Source: an uncultured Sphingopyxis sp.
Lineage (GTDB): Bacteria; Pseudomonadota; Alphaproteobacteria; Sphingomonadales; Sphingomonadaceae
Direction of reading: 5' to 3'
Length of the DNA: 57,425 nucleotides
Assembly (NCBI GenBank): GCA_937957805.1
Contig: CALFXW010000196.1
Coordinates: forward strand, 1-57,425
In this document: one piece after another, positions 49,980 through 57,425 of the stretch
How the letters are laid out: the number at the start of each line of letters is the position of its first letter
How positions within the stretch are numbered: position 1 is the first letter of the stretch
Notes under the pieces: model-generated
The model's database searches: none
Told to the model about the DNA's origin: nothing
Seen by the model: the letters and a program-made list of their open reading frames with translations, nothing else
Position numbers and translations under genes: made by a program

Positions 49980-50693
49980 CTATCCCGCATCAAAACCGTG
50001 CCAAGCCACCACTTCGTCGAGCGGGGCGCGGTCGACGGCAAAATTGTTGACCGGCGCTGCTGCATCGCGCCAGCCGATGGCCAGTCCGGCATAGAGGATA
50101 TGGTCATCCCCGATTGCCAACGCATCGCGCACCTGTTTGCCGTAAATCGACCATGCTTCCTGCGGACAGCTGTCGAGCCCGGCTTCGCGCAGCAATAGCA
50201 TCAGGCTTTGCAGATAAATGCCAATGTCGGCCCATTGCGGCGGCCCCATGAAGCGCGGGCAATGAACAAAGGCGACCACCGGCGCACCAAAGCCGGTAAA
50301 ATTCTGCGCCATCGCCATGTTGCGCGCCATCCGGTCGCTGCGTTCGATGCCCATAGCATCATACATGGCATGCGCCACGCCATACCGCCGCGCCATATAG
50401 GGTTCGGGCAGGCCCGGCGGATAGATGACATATTCACCATCCGCGATGCCGCCACCCGCCATCATCGCCTGTTGCACCGCAGTGATGACATTGCCGAGCG
50501 CATCACCGGTCACCACCGCGACATGCCATGGCTGGACATTGCCGCCCGATGGCGCGCGCTGCGCCTTGGCCATAATCTCACGCAGCAAGGCGGGTTCGAC
50601 CGGCGTATCCTGAAAGGCGCGGATCGAACGGCGCGATGCCATTGCCGCACTGACACTTAGCGCGGCGGCGGCGGCATTTTCTGTATAAGTCAT
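49980..50693 (-). CDS. Nitroreductase family protein
   Basis: SRRSIRAF, APSGGNVQPW, GLDSCPQ. Confidence 0.93.
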   Translation of the reverse strand: MTYTENAAAAALSVSAAMASRRSIRAFQDTPVEPALLREIMAKAQRAPSGGNVQPWHVAVVTGDALGNVITAVQQAMMAGGGIADGEYVIYPPGLPEPYMARRYGVAHAMYDAMGIERSDRMARNMAMAQNFTGFGAPVVAFVHCPRFMGPPQWADIGIYLQSLMLLLREAGLDSCPQEAWSIYGKQVRDALAIGDDHILYAGLAIGWRDAAAPVNNFAVDRAPLDEVVAWHGFDAG

Positions 50694-51571
50694 TGCAGTT
50701 CCGAATTTTTATCTGCCCGGCGTTTGCCGAACAACAGGTCGCGTTCCTGTTTCGCCTTAAGCTGTCGATAAAAGCTGACAAGGAAAAGCATATCATCCTC
50801 TGCCAGCGGGCGGCCCAATTTTGCGCGGATGGTGTCGGCAACCAATATCTTGCGCGGCAGATCACCGGTGCGGATCACCCGTTCCAGTTCCTGCAATTCA
50901 AATACCCCATATACTGCCAGTTCAGCGTTGGTGAAGACGGGGCCATCGGCCGGTTCTTCCAACACATTTTCGTTGATTTCGCGCGCGATGCGGCGGCGCT
51001 TTGCCTGCACGACCCAGGTGCCGGCAATCAAATCCCCCAGCCGCATCCGGTCCTTGTTGAACAGCAGGAAACAGCCCAGCCCCAATGTCCAGACCAGCCC
51101 CAATAGTGCGGTCGCGGCCCCCAGCGCATCGCCCATGCCGTTCATGATAAATTGCGCTGGCAGCAATATTTCCAGCTGGCGTACGAAATTGCGCGCCACC
51201 ACCGATGCCACCGACAATTGCCCGCCGTCGCGCGCCACAACGCGCAGGCCGAGCAGCCGCTTGCCCGGGGTTGCCGCGCGCGGCCCCAATTCAAAGCCAA
51301 TGAACCAGAAATTGGTGAGGAGGAAGATGCCCAGCATGATGCCGACCCCTGCGACATCGCGTGCGGCACCATCGCTATTCAGGCCAGCAAAGCCAAAAAT
51401 TATGACAAAGCCAAGGATGACGAGCGACTGCAGGAAAAAATCGATCAGCAAGGCCGCCAGCCGCGCACCCGCCGAACCGATTTCTAGGCGCAGATCCACC
51501 CCCTCTGGCGTCACAACCTGACGCACCATCGCATCACGCCGCCGCGCATAGGCTGCCCCCGCGCTGGTCAT
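50690..51571 (-). CDS. RDD family membrane protein
   Basis: TPEGV, RLAALLID, TPGKRLLGLRV, RLGDLIAGTWV. Confidence 0.92.
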   Translation of the reverse strand: MTSAGAAYARRRDAMVRQVVTPEGVDLRLEIGSAGARLAALLIDFFLQSLVILGFVIIFGFAGLNSDGAARDVAGVGIMLGIFLLTNFWFIGFELGPRAATPGKRLLGLRVVARDGGQLSVASVVARNFVRQLEILLPAQFIMNGMGDALGAATALLGLVWTLGLGCFLLFNKDRMRLGDLIAGTWVVQAKRRRIAREINENVLEEPADGPVFTNAELAVYGVFELQELERVIRTGDLPRKILVADTIRAKLGRPLAEDDMLFLVSFYRQLKAKQERDLLFGKRRADKNSELQ

Positions 51572-52572
51572 GCGGCCCCGACCCGGCGACGCGGCAGATA
51601 GAAATAGCTGCACCAGAATAACAGCAAGGTGCCGCCAATCGCATATCTAAGCGCGGTTTGTTGCACCAATTGGCGGGCGAACCCTTCGAGCAGCCCGGCG
51701 AGCGCTAGCATCAACAGGACGCCGATCATCGCCGCGCCGCTTTCGCGCCCAGCCTGCGCCGCTGCGACCATCCGACTCTGCGCACCGGGAAAGGCAAAAC
51801 CGGTGCCGATGCGCAGTCCCGCCGCACCGGCGATGATGATTGCGAAAATTTCGGTCGTGCCGTGGATCGACAGCCAGCCGACAAAATCGGTTAGCAGCCC
51901 CGCCTGGGCAAAAACATAGAGCATCGGGCCGGTTGACAGCCCCTGATAAAAAATAAGGAGGAGGGTGGGCACCCCAAAGGCAAAGCCCAATGCAAAGGCG
52001 TTGATCGCCACGCTAGCATTATTGGTGAACAAAAAGGTCGCAAAAAAATGTAAGCCGTCGCGATCTTCTGGCGCTGTGCCGAAAATGGTGCGGCGCAATT
52101 CAGCCGCGCTCGCATCTGGCCCGCGCCCCTGCACCATCCCCTCTGGCATCAGCGCATGATACCAATTGGCGTCCGATGCGACGAGCCACCAACTGAGCGC
52201 GATGCCAAGCGCGAGTACCGCAAAGACGATCAGCGATTCGCGCCATAGTCCCTTTACCGCCGCTGGCCAGTCGTTGCGGAAAAAGGCGGCGAGCCGGGCA
52301 CGACGCGATTCGCGCACGCCATAAATCAGGAAATAGCCGCGCGTCGCCAACCCTTCGAGATAGTCGATTAGCGCCGCATCGAGGCTGGTCGCACGCGCAA
52401 TCGATAGCGAGGACAAGGTGGCGCGATAGAGGCGGGGCAGCGCCAATAATTCTTCATCGCTGATCCGGCGAAATGCCCAACCTTCGAGCCGATTGCACAG
52501 CGCTTCGAATTGCTGCCACTCCCCCTCATGCTCCTGACGGAAGGCGGCGGTGGAGTAAGTAATTTCCCCCAT
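51568..52572 (-). CDS. Stage II sporulation protein M / DUF95 family membrane protein
   Basis: N-terminal LYR..LS..YL helical domain, FTNNA, IHGTTE, AGLLEG. Confidence 0.9.
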   Translation of the reverse strand: MGEITYSTAAFRQEHEGEWQQFEALCNRLEGWAFRRISDEELLALPRLYRATLSSLSIARATSLDAALIDYLEGLATRGYFLIYGVRESRRARLAAFFRNDWPAAVKGLWRESLIVFAVLALGIALSWWLVASDANWYHALMPEGMVQGRGPDASAAELRRTIFGTAPEDRDGLHFFATFLFTNNASVAINAFALGFAFGVPTLLLIFYQGLSTGPMLYVFAQAGLLTDFVGWLSIHGTTEIFAIIIAGAAGLRIGTGFAFPGAQSRMVAAAQAGRESGAAMIGVLLMLALAGLLEGFARQLVQQTALRYAIGGTLLLFWCSYFYLPRRRVGAA

Positions 52573-53903
52573 CACACCAACCCCTTGCGCTTGGCGCGGA
52601 TATAGGTGTCGAGCAGCGCGCCGCTCAATTGGTGAAAGGGTGCTTCGATGACCAATGCACCCATTTGGCGCAGCCGCGCGGCAACCAGCCGCCGGTCACG
52701 CAGCAAATCCGCCGCGACAATCGCTTGGGAGAGGGCGTCTGCATCGCCCACCGGGGCGGCGGCGATCCCTTCCAGTTCACTGTCGGTTGCAAGGACGAAC
52801 AGCAGCAAATGGCGGCGGGTCAACCGCTCTGCCGCACGCAACATCAATTCCGCGCTGGCCGCATCGGCAAATTCGGTGAAGATGACCAACATCGCGCGGC
52901 GTTTCAGCTTGGCCGATATGGCTGCCAGCCCCAGGGTGAAGTTCGTTTCCTCTGCCGCATAGTCGATGTCAGCCACCGCGCGGCGCAGCGCCGCAAAATC
53001 GCGCGCGCGCGCATATTCGCGTGTGCCAACCCATGGTCGTCCGGCGATGGTGGCGATGGAGACGCGATCTTCCATCCGGAGCGCGACATAGCCGAGCGCC
53101 AGCGCCGCCGACACCGCGCGGTCGAGCCGTGCTTCGCGCGCGCCGTCGGGGGTGGCGACCGGCCCGCTCATCATCCGGCCACGGTCGATGATCAGCAGGA
53201 TGCGGTTGTCGCGTTCGCTTTCAAATTGTTTGGCGTAAATATCATTATGCCGCGCCGATTGTTTCCAATCTATGGCGCGGCGGTCAAACCCCGGCTGAAA
53301 ACGCACCAGCGTATCAAATTCGCTCCCCTCCCCCATGCGGGCGGTTAGGCGCTGACCGACCTGCGCCTCGCGCGTGAAAAGCGGGATGGCAAATTGTTCG
53401 ACCGCGCGAATGGAGGGCACAACCGACACTGACATGTCGAGCGAAATCCGCCGCTGCATCCGCACCAACCCCATCGGCCCCTGCCAACCGACCCATGCGG
53501 CGTGGATGCGCGCCATACCGCGCCTGAGCGCGCTGATGGCGATGTTCGCCACCAAGCCGCCATCATCGGCAAGCCGCAATTGCTGATCGATCCGCCCGCC
53601 AGACGCCAAATTTGCATCCAGCGCCAAGGCTAAACGCGCATCGCGCGGCCGCCCGCGACCCCCTGTTGCCACCCGCACGGCCAGCAATAATGGGTCGCCA
53701 ACCCCCACCGCCGATGGCGCGTCGAGTGCCAATAGAGCGCGGGCAATCGGCGGTGCGCGAAACATGTCAAACACCATCAACGCGATCATCAGACCGACCC
53801 AAATGGCGGCGATCACCCATAAATCGGCGCGCCAAATCGCTGCCGCCAACGCCATCGGCGCACCCAGCGCAATCAGCAAAATGGCGCGCGGCGTCGGGGC
53901 CAT
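52572..53903 (-). CDS. DUF58 domain protein (MoxR partner with vWA-like domain)
   Basis: N-terminal TMs, RRG, GSEF..L..FQPG.D.R.IDWKQSAR, IIDRGRMM, VIFTE. Confidence 0.92.
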   Translation of the reverse strand: MAPTPRAILLIALGAPMALAAAIWRADLWVIAAIWVGLMIALMVFDMFRAPPIARALLALDAPSAVGVGDPLLLAVRVATGGRGRPRDARLALALDANLASGGRIDQQLRLADDGGLVANIAISALRRGMARIHAAWVGWQGPMGLVRMQRRISLDMSVSVVPSIRAVEQFAIPLFTREAQVGQRLTARMGEGSEFDTLVRFQPGFDRRAIDWKQSARHNDIYAKQFESERDNRILLIIDRGRMMSGPVATPDGAREARLDRAVSAALALGYVALRMEDRVSIATIAGRPWVGTREYARARDFAALRRAVADIDYAAEETNFTLGLAAISAKLKRRAMLVIFTEFADAASAELMLRAAERLTRRHLLLFVLATDSELEGIAAAPVGDADALSQAIVAADLLRDRRLVAARLRQMGALVIEAPFHQLSGALLDTYIRAKRKGLV

Positions 53904-54859
53904 CAGCGCGGGGCTTCGACCGCGTCGATAAGATCGCGGACGATATTGTCCACGCTGCGCCCGTCGATTTCCGCGCTCGGCGACAGCAGCAGCCGGTGGC
54001 GCAACAGGTCAAAGGCGATGGCCTGCACATCATCGGGGATGACATAATCGCGTCCCGCCAGCGCCGCCGTCGCTGCCGCTGCCCGCGCCATCAATGCGGC
54101 GGCACGCGGGCTTGCCCCGACCGCCAAGTCCGGGCTTTCGCGCGTCGAACGAATCAGCGTGACGATATATTGCGCAATGGGATCGGCCATTTTGACCCCG
54201 GCGGCCACCTCTATGGCGGCGGCGAGACGCGGCGCATCCGCAACCTTTGCCACCCCCAGAGAGTCAGGGTCGATACGGGTGAAACGCACGCCATGGCCGG
54301 TGACGATGCGCAATTCAGCTGCTGCATCGGGGTAGGGCACCGACAATTTGAACAGGAAACGGTCGAGCTGCGCCTCCGGCAAGGGGTAGACGCCCTGGCT
54401 TTCAATCGGGTTTTGCGTTGCAATCACCGTGAAGCGGTCGGAAAGCAAATGGCTTTCACCATCGAGCGTTACGCGCCGTTCCTGCATCGCCTCCAGCAAC
54501 GCGGCCTGCGTCTTGGGCGGGGTGCGGTTCAATTCATCGGCGAGCAGCAATTCGGTAAAAATCGGCCCGCGCGTCAAGGTAAAGCTCGACGTCTGGAAAT
54601 TGAACAAATTGCTGCCCAATATATCGCCGGGCATCAAATCGGGGGTGAATTGAATCCGCCCGAAGTCGAGGCCGATGGCGCGCGCAAGGCTTTGTACCAA
54701 CAGGGTTTTGGCGGTTCCCGGCGGCCCTTCGAGCAGCGCGTGCCCCCCGGCCAGCACCGTCACCAGCAAGCGTTCGATGATGGCATCCATGCCGACAACC
54801 GCCTTGGCCACTTCTGTTTTTATAGCGCCGGTCAGCGCCTGCAATTCATCCAATGTCAC
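53903..54859 (-). CDS. moxR: MoxR family AAA+ ATPase
   Basis: GPPGTAKT, RIQFTPDLMPGD, LLADELNR, ATQNPIE, LPEAQLDRF, GASPR. Confidence 0.96.
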   Translation of the reverse strand: MTLDELQALTGAIKTEVAKAVVGMDAIIERLLVTVLAGGHALLEGPPGTAKTLLVQSLARAIGLDFGRIQFTPDLMPGDILGSNLFNFQTSSFTLTRGPIFTELLLADELNRTPPKTQAALLEAMQERRVTLDGESHLLSDRFTVIATQNPIESQGVYPLPEAQLDRFLFKLSVPYPDAAAELRIVTGHGVRFTRIDPDSLGVAKVADAPRLAAAIEVAAGVKMADPIAQYIVTLIRSTRESPDLAVGASPRAAALMARAAAATAALAGRDYVIPDDVQAIAFDLLRHRLLLSPSAEIDGRSVDNIVRDLIDAVEAPR

Positions 54860-56093
54860 GCACCACATCCTTTCGCCATTCGGCCAATTTCTGCGCGGCA
54901 TCGACCGCCGCCAATGTTGAACCCTTTTGATCGAGCGCGCTGGCCAGTTCGGAAAATTTGCGCCCCTGTCGGTCGCTGAACCGGTCAAGCCACGCCCCGA
55001 GCGCTGCTTCATCCAACCCCTGTGGCGCATGGAGCCGCCGCGCCGCAATTTCGCGCACCATTTGCGCATAACGCGGGGCAAAGCGCACGCTTGCACCTGC
55101 CTGAACGATCAGCCGCGCGCTGGTTTGCACCAGCCCTGCCTTGCCCGCCGCGCGCACCCGCATTGCCAAAAGCGGCGGTCCAAAGCGGACAAAACCCTGC
55201 CACAACAAGAAGAGCGTGGCGACAATGATGCAAAGAGTGAGGCCGAGGAAAGGTGGCACCAAGGCCTGACGCAGCAGATTGTGTCGGCTCGCGCCCAGCC
55301 CGTTCAGCGTCACGTCAAAGGCGATGGGCGCATCCGGGCCGGCCAATTTGTCGATAAGGATAAAACCGGCGCGCGCGCGCGCGCTGTCCGCCAATGCCAG
55401 ATTATTGACCAAATCCGGATCGGCCAGGATGGTCGTGTCATAACGGTCTTGCACTTCGGCCACTATGACCTGATTGCCCGCCGTTACCAGTGTCGAAAAA
55501 TAGGGTGATTCAACCGTTTGTAACAGATTGCCCATGCGCACGGACGCTTTGGTGCCATCCCAAAATTCAAGCGCAACAGCCTGTCTCTGGCGGATTGGGT
55601 TCAAATTTGTCCTGACCTGTCCCGGAACCAATGCGGCGGCGAGCGCAGCGGCATTTTGCGATAGGCCTGTCTGCCGCACCTTGTCGCGCTGCATCGTCTG
55701 TTCGACCTGATATTTGGGCAGGATAATCAACACCGGCGTATGAATGGATGCCAGCCGTTCGCGCAGCGCATCACCGCTGGTCGATGGGGTAGGGGTCAAT
55801 ATGGTAAGGCCATCGCCACCAGAAAATCCCGGCGCGCCGCCATCAGGATCGCGCAATATGGTGACTTCATGCCCGCCCGTCCGCAACAACTGCACCACCC
55901 CGGCATAGCCATTGGCCGCGCGCGACATGGCATGGCCGCCGCCGTCGCGCCCGCTCGATAATTCGGGGGCAAAGGCGGTAAGCGCCCAAAAGCCGATAAA
56001 GCCAAACACGCCCGCTGCAATCAGCCCGAAAATCAGGCGCGGGTTGAACGCGCCTTCACCTCCCTTTGCCCCCGCGGCCGCCACGCCGGTCAT
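54846..56093 (-). CDS. DUF4350-like membrane-anchored periplasmic-domain protein
   Basis: N-terminal TM, S..ANGYAG, LADPD..NN, second TM ending RFGP, cytoplasmic helical tail; typical position upstream of moxR. Confidence 0.75.
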   Translation of the reverse strand: MTGVAAAGAKGGEGAFNPRLIFGLIAAGVFGFIGFWALTAFAPELSSGRDGGGHAMSRAANGYAGVVQLLRTGGHEVTILRDPDGGAPGFSGGDGLTILTPTPSTSGDALRERLASIHTPVLIILPKYQVEQTMQRDKVRQTGLSQNAAALAAALVPGQVRTNLNPIRQRQAVALEFWDGTKASVRMGNLLQTVESPYFSTLVTAGNQVIVAEVQDRYDTTILADPDLVNNLALADSARARAGFILIDKLAGPDAPIAFDVTLNGLGASRHNLLRQALVPPFLGLTLCIIVATLFLLWQGFVRFGPPLLAMRVRAAGKAGLVQTSARLIVQAGASVRFAPRYAQMVREIAARRLHAPQGLDEAALGAWLDRFSDRQGRKFSELASALDQKGSTLAAVDAAQKLAEWRKDVVRDIG

Positions 56094-56839
56094 GCGCGCA
56101 CCCGCCAATGCGCGCCAAAGGCAAAGCTTTCATATTGGGCACGCGCCGCCGACCAATCATCAGCATCGATCGCCCGCTCGGCCCAAAAGCCGCGTTCGAC
56201 GATGGCGCCAATATGGGCAAAGGCCTGTCGCGCGGCTTCGGGCAATTCGTGCAGCATGGCGATGGAACGCGCGGTAAAGGCCGGACGAACCAGCCCGGGG
56301 CGGCGATAGCCAATATCCTCAACACTGCGTTCAAGCAGCAGGTGCACCGCCTCTGCAAAGCGGCCATTGGCGGCGAGCGCGTCTGCCGCTTGCAACAAAT
56401 TGTGCGCGCCCGCTGCATCGGGCTGCCATGATGCTTCATCGGGCGCATCAGCGCGTTGGCGGCGACGCCCAAAGCGCAGCCGATCCACAAAATCGCGCAC
56501 CGCCGGTATCAGCATATAGGCGATGGCCACCACCGCGACCAATATCAGCGCAAAAGCGATCAGCCGCACCAACCAGTCGCCATCGCCGCCCAGCCAGCGG
56601 AAAAGCTGGCTGAACCAGCCATTGGAAGATGGCATCGTTGGCGGCGGCGGGGCGGGGGCAAATTGCAATTGGTAACTGCTGTCACCCTGAATTTGCCGGA
56701 TGGTTGCGTCCAGCGCATCACCCCCGCCCTTGCCCGCATTGGGTGCGGCGGCCAGCGGCGCGGCAGCCAAAAATGCAAGCGCATAGGGCGCAGCCCGCGC
56801 GATCTGCATCATATTTCCTATCCGCGCCCCTGCCGCCAT
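56090..56839 (-). CDS. DUF4129-like membrane protein
   Basis: Signal/Pro-rich region, TM, AANGRFAEAVHLL, TARSI, ERGFWAER. Start could be 56815. Confidence 0.75.
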   Translation of the reverse strand: MAAGARIGNMMQIARAAPYALAFLAAAPLAAAPNAGKGGGDALDATIRQIQGDSSYQLQFAPAPPPPTMPSSNGWFSQLFRWLGGDGDWLVRLIAFALILVAVVAIAYMLIPAVRDFVDRLRFGRRRQRADAPDEASWQPDAAGAHNLLQAADALAANGRFAEAVHLLLERSVEDIGYRRPGLVRPAFTARSIAMLHELPEAARQAFAHIGAIVERGFWAERAIDADDWSAARAQYESFAFGAHWRVRA

Positions 56840-56888
56840 CGCCCTTGCATGACGGGGCAGGGCGGCAATGGCAAGCCTGTTGCGCCGC

Positions 56889-57425
56889 TTATTCGGCGGC
56901 CATCGCCATCGGGGCTGCTTGCGGTCCGCGAATGACCCGTCCGGGCAGCGCGCCTGCCATTTCGCCGTTGCGGAATGTCACCTGCCCCGATTTGATCGTC
57001 GCGACATAGCCATCGGCCTTTTGCAACAAGCGCTTACCCCCGGCGGGCAGGTCAAAGGCGAGCCAGGGCTTGCCCAATTTTATCGCGTCCATGTCAATGA
57101 TGTTGATGTCGGCGAGCATGCCCGGTGCGATAATGCCGCGATCTTCGAGACCATATAGCAGCGCCGTATCGCGGCACTGCCGCTTGACCGCCTGTTCGAG
57201 CGGGATGCGCTTGCCGCGCCGACGCCCCTTTACCCAATGTTCCAGCATGAAGGTCGGGCTGGCGGCATCGCAAATCGTGCCGCAATGCGCGCCACCGTCC
57301 GACAGGCTGTTCACCGTATCATCAGCATTTTGCAATTCTTCAAGGAAGTCGAGGTTGCCGTCCGCATAGTTGAGGATTGGCAGATAGATAAAGCCCGTGC
57401 CATCGTCTGCGCACAACATGTCATA
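56889..57425 (-). CDS. Amidohydrolase family protein (D-aminoacylase-like), 5' end outside the window
   Basis: SDGGAH, DRGIIAPGMLADINIID, DLPAGGKRL, ATIKSG, LPGRVIRG. Confidence 0.88.
   Translation of the reverse strand, partial: YDMLCADDGTGFIYLPILNYADGNLDFLEELQNADDTVNSLSDGGAHCGTICDAASPTFMLEHWVKGRRRGKRIPLEQAVKRQCRDTALLYGLEDRGIIAPGMLADINIIDMDAIKLGKPWLAFDLPAGGKRLLQKADGYVATIKSGQVTFRNGEMAGALPGRVIRGPQAAPMAMAAE

Overview
This 57.4-kb window is GC-rich, gene-dense alphaproteobacterial chromosome. Gene content, gene order and protein sequences point to Sphingomonadales (inference). It holds about 63 CDSs and one tRNA-Arg(CCT). Most is core housekeeping: gshB-yraN-rsmI/lpoA-like, transaldolase, radA-cvpA, aroKB, xerD-accA, comF-grxC, queF, sseA-metC, ppa, hisS-prfA-prmC, scoAB and leuCD. 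I see no prophage, transposase, CRISPR array or defence island. The best candidate for an undescribed system is a translationally coupled six-gene membrane operon: DUF4129-DUF4350-MoxR AAA+-DUF58-SpoIIM/DUF95-RDD (50690-56839). Non-coding signals read from the sequence: (1) a 107-bp CTAG-bounded CIR/Bru-RS-like miniature repeat that supplies the stop codon of a PilZ gene; (2) a perfect GTTC-N7-GTTC LexA box in front of radA; (3) a sigma54-type promoter pointing at an orphan 93-aa ORF; (4) two Flp pilin genes, each with a CtrA-like box and its own terminator; (5) a structured ~190-nt leader of a DUF4167 gene. Also notable are two genes inserted between enzyme subunits: a lipoprotein AHL-lactonase-like gene between leuC and leuD, and a degenerate HAD lipoprotein between scoA and scoB. 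All family assignments come from motif recognition and recalled gene context, not database searches. Start codons were adjusted by eye.
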